This document shows, piece by piece, positions 15,069-24,528 of a stretch of 45,416 nucleotides of DNA. Position numbers and translations under genes: made by a program. Position 1 is the stretch's first letter. The number at the start of each line of letters is the position of its first letter. The stretch is taken from the IMG/VR virus record IMGVR_UViG_3300031644_001202, positions 1 to 45,416 of that record. One strand, 5' to 3'. The DNA comes from a virus (lineage: Duplodnaviria; Caudoviricetes). The notes beneath the pieces are model-generated. The model was not told where the DNA came from. It searched no databases and saw only the letters and a program-made list of their open reading frames with translations.

Positions 15069-17845
15069 CCGCTCCGAAAACTCCCGCAACTATCGCCGCC
15101 TGGGCGCGCCGCTATATCGAGGCCTTCGGGCTGGCCCTGGTGAAGATCGAGCCCGGCCAGAAGGCGCCAAAGGGCAACGGTTGGAATAAGCCCGGCGGCT
15201 ATTTCACCGATGCCGACAAGGCCGAACAATTCTGGACGAAGAACCCCAATCACAACATGGGCGTGGTGCTCGGGCCGAGCCGCGTTTGCTCGCTGGACGT
15301 GGACCATGTGGAGTACACGCGGCATGTGCTGCTGCATGTGCTCGACCTGAACCTCGATGACCTGGCGGCGGTGTACCCGACGCTGGTGGGCAACCCGGCG
15401 CGCTTCCGCCTGATGTTCCGTGTCCCGGAGGGCGTGGAGCTGAGCCGGCATTCCCTGGTATGGCCGAACCTGCTGGACCCGGACGGCAGCAAGCATAAGC
15501 TGGCCACTGCAGCGCTGAAGCAGGCCGAGGCAACTGGCAATGCCGAGCTGACCGCGACGATGCGGGCGAAACAGAAGGAATTGGCGCCGGTGACGGTGTT
15601 CGAGCTGCGCGGCGGCCTGGTGCAGGACGTGTTGCCGCCGTCGATCCACCCGGACACGGGCCAGCCGTATTTCTGGCGCACGCCGCCCTCGGCAGATGGC
15701 CTGCCGGAGCTGCCGCGCGAGCTGCTGAGCATCTGGAACAACTGGGAGATCTTCAAGCCGCTGGGGCAGGGCGCCTGCGAGTGGGCGCCGGCGCCGAAAG
15801 AGCGCCCGGCACCCAAGGCGAAGCCGAGCCGGCCGGTAACCACTGGCGCAAGCGGTAGCACTGACGTGGTGGGCGCCTACAACCAGGCGCATGACGTGGA
15901 GCAGCTGCTGGCGGCGCATGGTTACAAGCGGCGCGGCAAGAAGTGGCTTTACCCGGGCAGCACAACGGGGCTGGCGGGTGTGACGGTGGTGGACGGCAAG
16001 GTGTATTCGCACCACGGCGCCGACCCGCTGGCGAACGGGCACATGAACGATGCCTTCGATGTGTTCTGCCTGCTCGAGCATGACGGCGATCAGAAGGCGG
16101 CGACCAAGGCAGCCGCCAAGGCGCTGGGCATCGATCATGCGAGCCAGCGTAAGAAGAACATCCAAGGTACGGCGCCGAAGGCTAAGGGGGAGCCGGGTGG
16201 CAAGCCTGCGCCTGGTGATGACGCGCAGAGCCCGGCCGATGAGTCGGGCGACCTTCCCCCGCCCCCTACCGATTCGGATTGCGGCGCGCCGGCCGGCAGC
16301 AGCACCACCGGGGGGGCGGGGGGTGGCTTCCATATCCAGGGGCTGCTCCGACGCTTCGCGTTGATCGTCGGCACCACGCAGGCCTGGGACGTGGATAACG
16401 GCAAGCGGATCAAGAAGGCCGCGTTTCAGGCGCTGATCGGTAAGGATCTGTTCAAGCAGTGGGATGCCGAGACCGACCCGAAGCGCAAGAAGACTGTCAG
16501 CGAGGACTGGGTTAAGGAAATCGAGCGTGCCCAGGCACTGGCGGGCAAGGCTGTTGGCGATCTGAAGATGCCGATGCTGACACGCTATGTGTACATCGAC
16601 GGCACCAAGGACGTGTGGGACTACGCGAAGAAGCGCCGTGTGGCCGAGGGCGCGGTGAAGATGGCACTGGGCGATGCCTACAGCCTGTGGCTGAACAGCC
16701 CGGATCGGCGTGTGGTGGATATGAACCACATTGTGTTTGACCCGACGATGAGCCATGACCCCGAGGTGTACATCAACACCTATGAGGGCTTGCCGCTGAC
16801 GCCTGAGCGGGATGATACGAAGTGCGCGAACCTGATCTGGCTGATCAGCTTTCTGTGTAACCACGCTGAGGATGCGACGGATTGGTTGTGCCGCTGGTTG
16901 GCGTACCCGCTGCAGCACAGCGGGGCAAAGATGGACACGGCGGTGCTGATGCATTCGACCACTGAGGGCTCGGGCAAGAGCCTGCTGTTTTCGGTGGTGA
17001 TGGGGATGCTGTACGGGCAGTACTCGGCAACGGTCGGGCAGACGCAGCTGGAAGGTTCGTTCAACGCCTGGCAGAGCGGCAAGCTGTGGGCGGTGTTCGA
17101 GGAGGTTGTGAGCCGCGATCAGAAGTACAACCAGGTGGGCAAGATCAAGCAGTTGATCACCGGGCAGACGGTGCGCATCGAGAGCAAGTTCGTGAACGGT
17201 TGGGAGGAAGCCAGCCACATGAATGCGGTGTTTCTCTCGAACGAGATCGTGCCGTGGCCGATCAGCGACAGCGACCGCCGGTTTCTGGTGATGTGGCCGG
17301 AGGAGAAGCTGCCTGCGGCTCGGCAGATGGCGATCAAGCAGGAGCTGGCCAACGGTGGCGTCGAGGCGCTTTATGCGTGGCTGTTGGCGTATGACCTGGG
17401 CGACTTCGACCAGCAGACCAAGCCGCCCGTGACGCCGGCACGCGAACGCCTGGTGGCATTGAGCAGGGCGCCGTGGCAGACGTTCGCCAACCTATGGCGC
17501 CTGGGCGAGCTGGGCGATGGGTTGTGGGGCGGGTGCCTGAGCTCTGATCTGTACGCGATGTTCGTGGAGTGGTGCCAGCGCAATGGTGAGCACCGGATGA
17601 GCCAGACGAAGTTCAGCCTGTTCATCGAGACGCTGGGGGTGGACAAGACGCGGGCGATCCCCTGGACGGAGGGCAGCACGCGACGGTTTGCGGCGTTTTT
17701 GATACCGAGGGATGAGTCAGCCTTCCTGCCACCATCCATGCAGGCGGCCGCGCTTGGGGCGCATGTGCAGGCGTGGCGTGCCAAGGCGAAGCTGTGCGGC
17801 TGGAACGTGGAGGCGTGGGATCACGTCAAGGCGGCTGCAGCATGA
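15065..17845 (+). CDS. Bifunctional primase-polymerase / SF3 (D5-like) helicase replication protein
   Basis: N-terminal Prim-Pol (KAP..GW, NMGVVLG, SLDVD, VLPPSIHP); C-terminal Walker A EGSGKS, VFEE and FLSN motifs. Confidence 0.88.
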   Translation: MTAPKTPATIAAWARRYIEAFGLALVKIEPGQKAPKGNGWNKPGGYFTDADKAEQFWTKNPNHNMGVVLGPSRVCSLDVDHVEYTRHVLLHVLDLNLDDLAAVYPTLVGNPARFRLMFRVPEGVELSRHSLVWPNLLDPDGSKHKLATAALKQAEATGNAELTATMRAKQKELAPVTVFELRGGLVQDVLPPSIHPDTGQPYFWRTPPSADGLPELPRELLSIWNNWEIFKPLGQGACEWAPAPKERPAPKAKPSRPVTTGASGSTDVVGAYNQAHDVEQLLAAHGYKRRGKKWLYPGSTTGLAGVTVVDGKVYSHHGADPLANGHMNDAFDVFCLLEHDGDQKAATKAAAKALGIDHASQRKKNIQGTAPKAKGEPGGKPAPGDDAQSPADESGDLPPPPTDSDCGAPAGSSTTGGAGGGFHIQGLLRRFALIVGTTQAWDVDNGKRIKKAAFQALIGKDLFKQWDAETDPKRKKTVSEDWVKEIERAQALAGKAVGDLKMPMLTRYVYIDGTKDVWDYAKKRRVAEGAVKMALGDAYSLWLNSPDRRVVDMNHIVFDPTMSHDPEVYINTYEGLPLTPERDDTKCANLIWLISFLCNHAEDATDWLCRWLAYPLQHSGAKMDTAVLMHSTTEGSGKSLLFSVVMGMLYGQYSATVGQTQLEGSFNAWQSGKLWAVFEEVVSRDQKYNQVGKIKQLITGQTVRIESKFVNGWEEASHMNAVFLSNEIVPWPISDSDRRFLVMWPEEKLPAARQMAIKQELANGGVEALYAWLLAYDLGDFDQQTKPPVTPARERLVALSRAPWQTFANLWRLGELGDGLWGGCLSSDLYAMFVEWCQRNGEHRMSQTKFSLFIETLGVDKTRAIPWTEGSTRRFAAFLIPRDESAFLPPSMQAAALGAHVQAWRAKAKLCGWNVEAWDHVKAAAA

Positions 17846-17858
17846 GTGCGCCTAAAAG

Positions 17859-18170
17859 TGTGTTGGGTGTGTTGGCACTGTGTAGGCTTGTTTTCGCAAC
17901 CTTACACACTTTCAGCCCAGTAACCACGCGGGTTCTAGACGAGTGTGTAAGGTGTGTAAGGTTTATGCGCGTGCGCGCGCGTGTGCGAAAAAAAATTGCA
18001 CGCTGTATCACCTATCTGACGGCCCTGAACCCTTCGAAAATTTCCTTACGCGAGGCTCTGAAAACCTTACACACCTTACACACCTTACACAGACGCTCTA
18101 AAGTCTTTGTTTTTATTGAAGTTTTAGTGTGTTGGGTGTGTGTAGGGTTAGCGGTTTTTGTGTTGGGTTG
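17859..18170. repeat. Iteron-like repeats, putative replication origin
   Basis: CCTTACACA at 17900, 18065, 18074 and 18083; inverted TGTGTAAGG at 17944 and 17953; TGTGTTGGG variants; A/T tracts. Directly follows the primase-helicase. Confidence 0.7.
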
Positions 18171-18194
18171 CGGTTTTGGCGCGAGGGACGGGCA

Positions 18195-18728
18195 ATGATC
18201 GAGGCTATCGAGACGCTGTTGAGGCATTGGGGCGAGCAGCTTGCCCAGAACGGCCATGGGGGCGGTTTGCCCAGCACCATGGGCACCATCGTCGAGTTCG
18301 CCGGCTGTGCGCCGCGTGGCGGGGTGTATGGCGCGAAGCTGCTGGTTGCCGGCGCCGGGCCGGATTACGCAGCGGCTGAGGTGAACCAGGTGCTGTACGG
18401 CATCGAGCGGCTGGAGGGCGGAAGCGCGCTGGTGCGGTTGGCCTATGCGCGGTACCGCAACGAACCCCGGCTGACCATCGCCGAGCAGGTGGATGCGCTG
18501 GAGCTGGGGCGCGGCGATGCCGGGCGGCGGGCGTACTACCGGCAGGTGGGCGTGCTGCATGAGCGCCTGCAGGCCGGGCTGCTGGAACGCCAGGGCAAGC
18601 TGACGGTGATGCGGCGGGAGTCGCGCCGGGATGGCGACCGTGTGCGCCGGGCATCGTTGAAGCAGGCGGATGCGGCCCATCGCGGGCGTGGCCTTGAGTT
18701 GAAGGTTGACCGCTCGTCGGGCGACTAG
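18195..18728 (+). CDS. Putative late-gene regulator (Q-like position)
   Basis: IETLLRHWG N-terminus and YYRQV..LH helix; located just before the late region. Confidence 0.55.
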   Translation: MIEAIETLLRHWGEQLAQNGHGGGLPSTMGTIVEFAGCAPRGGVYGAKLLVAGAGPDYAAAEVNQVLYGIERLEGGSALVRLAYARYRNEPRLTIAEQVDALELGRGDAGRRAYYRQVGVLHERLQAGLLERQGKLTVMRRESRRDGDRVRRASLKQADAAHRGRGLELKVDRSSGD

Positions 18729-18903
18729 GCTCCATAAGGCGCCGGCAAGGCTCCGAAGGGCGCCGGCTGGGATAACCCATAAAAGGGACTTTTCGGTTTG
18801 TCACTCGGGGGGTACAAAGTCACCACGATTCGATAGGTACGCCTACCGAGCAACAGAGCGCCACGTGCTGTGTCGCACAACCCGAGACCCGACTCGGATT
18901 CAG

Positions 18904-18931
18904 AGCCCCGCCTTGCGGGGCTTTGTCTTTT
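18904..18931 (+). terminator. Rho-independent terminator in the late leader
   Basis: AGCCCCGC-CTT-GCGGGGCT followed by TTGTCTTTT. Confidence 0.6.
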
Positions 18932-19011
18932 CTGGCTGACGCTACCGTGGCAGGGGCGGCAGCCGTTCCCGCGGCACGCGGGTTTTTTATTCTGGCCTGT
19001 GAGGTGCGGTT

Positions 19012-19356
19012 ATGACTCAAGAGCAACAGCAGGCCTTGGCTGAGCTGCCCATTTGGGTAGTTGTGGTTATCGCCATCGTCGCTGGATTCAGCGGCGAGAT
19101 GTGGCGCGCGGACAAGGCTGGGTTGCGGGGCTGGGATCTGGTCTATCGAGTTGCGCTCAGAGCCGGGGCCTCGGTTGTGTTTGGCCTGAGTACGTTACTG
19201 CTGATCTGGGCGGCCGGCGCACATGTGCTGGTTGCTGCGGCCATCGGCTTCGTGGTTGCCACCATGGGCGCTGACGTAGCCAGCGGGTTGTATGAGCGCT
19301 GGCTGGCCAAGCGGGCGGGGGTGTGTGATGTGCCGCCGCGCGAGACGGGCGAGTGA
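19012..19356 (+). CDS. Holin
   Basis: 114 aa with about three hydrophobic helices; GEMWRADKAG motif; charged C-terminus. Confidence 0.75.
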   Translation: MTQEQQQALAELPIWVVVVIAIVAGFSGEMWRADKAGLRGWDLVYRVALRAGASVVFGLSTLLLIWAAGAHVLVAAAIGFVVATMGADVASGLYERWLAKRAGVCDVPPRETGE

Positions 19357-20126
19357 AGGGCAGCATCAACGCCCGTGACTTGGACGATGCGCTGGCTGCC
19401 CTGCAAAAGCTTGGCGCTGGGCTCGCACCTCGGGCGCTGGCGGATGCGCTGAACCATACGGCGAACCAGGCGCGCATCGCGCTGCGGGCTGAGATGGAAG
19501 ATGTGTTCAACCCCAGGCCGACGCCGTGGGTGCTCAACTCGATTCGCATCATCCACGCCAAGCCATCGGCTGACCCTGAAGCGGCGGTGTGGGTACAGGA
19601 TCAGGGCACGGGCAAGAATCCATTCAGTGCCGAGGATTACCTGCTGCCGCAAGTCGCTGGTGGCGAGCGGATCACGCGCCGGTCGGAGAAGTACTTGCGC
19701 GAGTCGGGGATTCTGCCGGCTGGCCGCTTCGTAGTACCGGGCGCCGGTGCTCGGCTGGATGCCTACGGGAATATCCAGAAGGGACACATGACGCAGATTC
19801 TGTCGGGCCTGAAGGCGATGAAGCTATCGGGTTCGGACAACGCTGCGACTGATAGCCGGCGGTCCCTGCGTAAGGGGCACGCGGTTGCGTTCTTCGTGAT
19901 GAAGCGCGGCAAGACGCCCATCGGCATTGCCGAGCGACGCGGGAAGAACGTGGCGATGGTGCTCGCCTTCGTCCGCCAGCCGCAGTACCGCGAGCGCTTC
20001 AAGTTCCATGACGTGGTGCGCCGGGTCGCAGAGAACGACGCACAGCTTGAAGCCAACATCGACAAGGCCATCGTTGATGCCTTGGCTGGTCGGCTGCCCA
20101 ACCTGCCGAGCCGGCGGCGCCGCTAA
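19353..20126 (+). CDS. Conserved phage protein (basic, possibly morphogenesis)
   Basis: ALADALNHTA...F..PTPW pattern; lies between holin and terminase. Confidence 0.6.
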   Translation: MKGSINARDLDDALAALQKLGAGLAPRALADALNHTANQARIALRAEMEDVFNPRPTPWVLNSIRIIHAKPSADPEAAVWVQDQGTGKNPFSAEDYLLPQVAGGERITRRSEKYLRESGILPAGRFVVPGAGARLDAYGNIQKGHMTQILSGLKAMKLSGSDNAATDSRRSLRKGHAVAFFVMKRGKTPIGIAERRGKNVAMVLAFVRQPQYRERFKFHDVVRRVAENDAQLEANIDKAIVDALAGRLPNLPSRRRR

Positions 20127-20286
20127 CGCCAGTGGCGTGCTACAGGACAGGCCGGGGCCCCTGGGCCGGCGAGGGTGGCAAGGGTAATTTGAGCCCCGTT
20201 CTCGCGCTAGTGGGTGGGGTTGGAGGTTAGTTAATTGGGGTTAATTCGGTTAATCCCCGGGGCAATTCTGGTTAATAGGTGAATTC

Positions 20287-20859
20287 ATGACGGTCATGAA
20301 GAAGTCAGAGTTCGCGGATAGCCAGGGTTGGTCTCGGCCTTATGTGTCGAAGCTGGCAGCCCAAGGGCGGCTGGTACTGACCGAAGACGGTAAGCAGGTA
20401 CTCGTCGAGGAAACGCTTGCTCTGTTGAGTGAGACCGCTGACCCCAGCAAGGCCGCAGTCGCCGAGCGGCACCAGCAAGGGCGCGTCGAGAAGGGCGTGC
20501 ACGCCCACCTGACCCCGGCCGCCGAGTCCCTGCCATCCGCAGGAGCCCCCGACTATCAGAAGGCCAGGGCTCATCGTGAGTACTACCTCGCCAAGCTGGC
20601 CGAGGACGAGTTCCTCAAGGGACGCGGCGAGCTGGTCGAGCGCAAGGCTGTCGACACCGCTGCATTCAACACCGCGCGCACATTGCGCGACCTGATCCTC
20701 GGTCTGCCGCCAAAGATCGCTGGCGAGCTGATCGCCATCACCGACACCTGGGAAATGGAACGCAAGCTCACCGAGCTGCTGCGAGGCGTCCTCGAGGATG
20801 CCGCCAGCCTGGTGCAGCACGACGCCGAGATTGAACAGGGGGCGAAGGAGCCGAACTAG
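20287..20859 (+). CDS. Terminase small subunit
   Basis: N-terminal wHTH (KSEFADSQGWSRPYVSKL), YQKARA.RE...GELV pattern; precedes TerL. Confidence 0.8.
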   Translation: MTVMKKSEFADSQGWSRPYVSKLAAQGRLVLTEDGKQVLVEETLALLSETADPSKAAVAERHQQGRVEKGVHAHLTPAAESLPSAGAPDYQKARAHREYYLAKLAEDEFLKGRGELVERKAVDTAAFNTARTLRDLILGLPPKIAGELIAITDTWEMERKLTELLRGVLEDAASLVQHDAEIEQGAKEPN

Positions 20860-20861
20860 CC

Positions 20862-22832
20862 ATGCAACACGCGTATGCCGACGGTGCTGCCACGTACCGG
20901 GCGGCATATCACCGAGGCCTGGAGCTTGATCCGGAACTGTGGATCGACCAGTGGGCCGACGAGTACCAGCGCATTCCGAAGGACACCGGCGCCGCCGAGC
21001 CTGGCAAGTACCACACCGACCGCACGCCCTTCGCTCGCGAGCCGATGCGCTGCCTGTCACCGCTGCACCCCTGCAAGCGCGTGGTGACCATGGTCGCCTC
21101 GCAGATGATGAAGACGCAGATCGCGCTCAACTGGATCGGCGGCAACATTCACATGGCACCGGCCAACATCCTGGCGCTGCTGCCGAGCGAGAAGCTGGCC
21201 CGCCGGGTCTCCAGCCGGATCGACAAAACGATCAAGGCGGTACCGGAACTCAGCAAGCGCGTGGCCAAGCCCCGCTCACGCGATGCCCGCAACACTCTCG
21301 ACACCAAGGAGTTCGAAGGCGGCACGCTGTACTGCACCACCGCCGGCTCGGCCGCCAACCTGGCAGAGCTGGCTGCGCGCTACATCTACGGCGACGAGAT
21401 CGACCGTTGGGATGTCGACGTAGACAGCGAAGGCGACCCCATTGAGCTGGCTGAAGCGCGCGGCACCACGTTCGGCCGCAAGGCCAAGTACTACTTCTCC
21501 AGCTCGCCGACGATCAAAGGCGCCTCGCGCATTGACGATCTGTACGAACAGAGCGACAAGCGCCGCTACTTCGTGCCGTGCCCGCACTGTGGGCAGCACC
21601 AGGTGCTGGAGTGGGCCAACCTCAAGTGGACCGACGACTACAAGCGCGTCGACTACCTCTGCAGCAACGCCGAGTGCGGCGCACTGATCGAGGAACACCA
21701 CAAGACGGCCATGCTGCTGGCTGGCGAGTGGCGCGCCACCGCGAAGGGTGATGGCGAGACCGTGGGCTTCCACCTCAACGCGCTCTATTCGCCGTTGGGC
21801 TGGCTGTCCTGGGCGAGCTTGGCCAAGCAGTACGACAAGGCCAAGGTCGCTGCCGACCGTGGCGACAACGAACCCATGCAGGTGTTCTACAACACCCGAC
21901 TGGCGTTGGTGTGGGACGCCGCACAGGAGATGACCAAGGCCAGCGAGCTGAAGGCCCGCGCCGAGGATTACCGCCTGGGTACGGTGCCGCAAGGTGCGCT
22001 CATTCTCACCGCCGCTGTCGACGTGCAGCACAACCGCCTGGAAATGCTGGTGATCGGCTGGGGCGAGGGGCTGGAGCGCTGGGTGGTCGACTACGTTGTC
22101 GTGCCGGGTGACCCAGCACTGCAGCGCACCTGGCTGGATCTGGACGAGCAACTGAAGCGCCGCTACCGGCACGCCTCTGGTGTGGAACTGGCCATCTGCG
22201 CAGCAGCGGTTGACTCCGGTGGCCACCACACCGATGAGGTCTACCAGTTCACCCGGCTGCGGCGCTGGCGGAAAGTGTTCGCGGTGAAGGGGGCAAGCAA
22301 GCCAGGCCGGCCCGTGCTGGCTCAGCGGCCCTCGAAAGTCGATGTGACGTACAACGGCCAAACCGAGAAGCAGGGCGCCGAACTCTGGATCATCGGTACC
22401 GACACGGCGAAGGACTGGATCTACAACCGTTACCCGTTCGCCGATGGCCCTGGCGCACTGCACTTCTCGACAGACCTGCCCGACGAGTTCTACGACCAGG
22501 CCGTGGCAGAGCGAAAAATCACCGTCTACGTGAAGGGCTACAAGCGCACCGTCTGGGTAAAGGGCAAGGCCGAGCGCAACGAAGTGCTCGACCTTCTGGT
22601 TTACAACCAGGCCGCCGCCCAGTTCCTGGGGCTGCACCGCTACCACCAGGGCGAATGGAGCAAACTGCGCGCTGCGGTGAGTCAGGGAAGCCTTTTTGCG
22701 CACCCAGCCGCGAGCAGCAACGTCACCGCCCTGCAGGAGGATGCCGAGAAGGCAGCCACCCCGCCGCTGCCGAAGCCAACACCACAACCACCAACGCGCC
22801 GGGTATCCCGCAGCGCCTACCTGAAACGATGA
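20862..22832 (+). CDS. Terminase large subunit (lambda gpA family)
   Basis: ASQMMKT, GDEIDRW, SSPT, VPCPHCG, AVDVQ, AVDSGG and NEVLDLLVY motifs. Confidence 0.95.
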   Translation: MQHAYADGAATYRAAYHRGLELDPELWIDQWADEYQRIPKDTGAAEPGKYHTDRTPFAREPMRCLSPLHPCKRVVTMVASQMMKTQIALNWIGGNIHMAPANILALLPSEKLARRVSSRIDKTIKAVPELSKRVAKPRSRDARNTLDTKEFEGGTLYCTTAGSAANLAELAARYIYGDEIDRWDVDVDSEGDPIELAEARGTTFGRKAKYYFSSSPTIKGASRIDDLYEQSDKRRYFVPCPHCGQHQVLEWANLKWTDDYKRVDYLCSNAECGALIEEHHKTAMLLAGEWRATAKGDGETVGFHLNALYSPLGWLSWASLAKQYDKAKVAADRGDNEPMQVFYNTRLALVWDAAQEMTKASELKARAEDYRLGTVPQGALILTAAVDVQHNRLEMLVIGWGEGLERWVVDYVVVPGDPALQRTWLDLDEQLKRRYRHASGVELAICAAAVDSGGHHTDEVYQFTRLRRWRKVFAVKGASKPGRPVLAQRPSKVDVTYNGQTEKQGAELWIIGTDTAKDWIYNRYPFADGPGALHFSTDLPDEFYDQAVAERKITVYVKGYKRTVWVKGKAERNEVLDLLVYNQAAAQFLGLHRYHQGEWSKLRAAVSQGSLFAHPAASSNVTALQEDAEKAATPPLPKPTPQPPTRRVSRSAYLKR

Positions 22833-22846
22833 CGTGAGGGCTGCCC

Positions 22847-23065
22847 ATGGCAAGCGCACAACAGCGCCTGGATGAGGTCCGGGCGGCGATCAGCGACATC
22901 TTGAGCAAAGGCCAAAGCGTCAGCAAAGGTGACCGGCGGCTGGATAGGGCGCGGCTCGAAAGCCTGCGTGACCTTGAGTCGCAATATGAGGCTGATGTAG
23001 CCCGCGAGTCCCGCGTCGGCCAGCCACGGCAAATTCGGCTGTACAGCCGTGGCAAGGGGGCGTGA
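22847..23065 (+). CDS. Head completion protein (gpW-like)
   Basis: 72 aa, between TerL and portal. Confidence 0.7.
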   Translation: MASAQQRLDEVRAAISDILSKGQSVSKGDRRLDRARLESLRDLESQYEADVARESRVGQPRQIRLYSRGKGA

Positions 23066-24528
23066 TGGGCTATCGAGTTCGAGCCAAGCCAGTGAGGCTG
23101 CAGGTGGTCAACAGCTACGAAGGTGCCGGCCAAGGTCGCCGTGCGCAAAGCTGGGACGCACCCGACGCCGCGTTGAACACCATCGCCATTCCCGCCCTGC
23201 CGGCGCTACGCAAGCGCTCCAAGGCGGCAGTGCGTAATAACCCCTGGGCTGCCAGCGGCATCGGCAAACGCGTCAGCAGCCTGATCGGTACCGGCATCAC
23301 GCCGCGCGCACAGATCAAGGATGACGCGCTACGCAGTGCCATCAACCAGCTCTGGAGCGACTGGACGGACGAGTCCGACGCCGACAACCTCACCGACTTC
23401 TACGGCCAGCAGGCGCTGATTGCGCGCATGGTCGAAGAGTCCGGCGAGTGCTTCGTGCGGTTGCGCTACCGTCGAGCCGAGGACGGCTTGGCGGTGCCAC
23501 TGCAGTTGCAGATCCTGCCGCCCGAGTTCGTGCCGCTGGATCGCAACTTCGTCACCCGTCGCGGCAACGTGGTACGGGCTGGCATCGAGTTCGACCAGGT
23601 GGGGCGCCGCGTGGCGTACTGGATGTGGAAGAACCACCCCGGCGACGCCCGCGCGCTGGGCACCAGCTACAACACGCTGAACCGCATCCCGGCCAGCGAG
23701 GTGCTGCACATCTTCGAACCGCTCGAAGGTGGGCAACTGCGTGGCATCCCGCGCCTGGCGCCGGTGCTGCTGCGGCTCAAGTCGTTGGACAACTACGACG
23801 ACGCCGTGCTGTTCCGGCAGGAGCTGGCGAATCTGTTCGCAGGCTTCATCACCAAGCCACGTCCTGAGGGGCTCACTCCGGAAATTGACCCCCTCACAGG
23901 GAAGCCTGTCGTTAAGGACTCCGACGGCACGCCGATGGTGGCCATGGAGCCGGGCACCATGCAGGAGTTGCTCGAAGGCGAGGAGGTTGTGTTCTCCGAA
24001 CCCCCAGGTGCCGGCGATACCTACGTGCCTTTCATGAAGCAGCAACTGATGGCGGCAGCGGCGGGTATCGAACTGCCCTACGAGCTGTTGACCGGCGACA
24101 TGGCCGACATCAGCGACCGCGTGCTGCGTGTGCTGCTCAACGAGTTTCGCCGCCGCATTGAGCAGCTGCAGTTCGGCGTTTACGTGTTCCAGCTCTGTCG
24201 CCCAGTTCGTGCCGCCTGGCTTGATGCCGCATGGCTCTCTGGTGCTATCCAACTGCCGGACTACCAGGCCAAGCGGCGCGACTACCTACGCACGCGCTGG
24301 GTGCCGCAAGGCTGGGCCTACATGCACCCCGTGCAGGACGTACAGGGCAAGCTGCTGGAGATCAAAGGCGGCTTGGCCAGTCGCAGCGAGCACGCGCTAC
24401 GCAGCGGCTACGACGCCGAAGTGATCGACCAGGAAAACGCCGACGACAACGCCCGGGCCAAGCAGCTCGGGCTCGATTACACCACCGACACGGCCCTACT
24501 GGCTGAGGATAAAGAGGACGGCAAATGA
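23065..24528 (+). CDS. Portal protein, lambda family
   Basis: VRNNPWA, ESGECFV, GIEFD, GQLRGIP, YELLTGD motifs. Confidence 0.93.
   Translation: MGYRVRAKPVRLQVVNSYEGAGQGRRAQSWDAPDAALNTIAIPALPALRKRSKAAVRNNPWAASGIGKRVSSLIGTGITPRAQIKDDALRSAINQLWSDWTDESDADNLTDFYGQQALIARMVEESGECFVRLRYRRAEDGLAVPLQLQILPPEFVPLDRNFVTRRGNVVRAGIEFDQVGRRVAYWMWKNHPGDARALGTSYNTLNRIPASEVLHIFEPLEGGQLRGIPRLAPVLLRLKSLDNYDDAVLFRQELANLFAGFITKPRPEGLTPEIDPLTGKPVVKDSDGTPMVAMEPGTMQELLEGEEVVFSEPPGAGDTYVPFMKQQLMAAAAGIELPYELLTGDMADISDRVLRVLLNEFRRRIEQLQFGVYVFQLCRPVRAAWLDAAWLSGAIQLPDYQAKRRDYLRTRWVPQGWAYMHPVQDVQGKLLEIKGGLASRSEHALRSGYDAEVIDQENADDNARAKQLGLDYTTDTALLAEDKEDGK

Noticed and set aside
14993-17218. Long antisense ORFs (741 aa here; also 21276-22859, 36643-38262, 38263-39762)
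   Set aside because: Shadow ORFs opposite well-supported genes in high-GC DNA, with no recognisable motifs.
17773-18198. 141-aa ORF after the primase
   Set aside because: Its LHTLHTLH and CVRCVR content is just the translated iteron repeats; more likely a non-coding origin.
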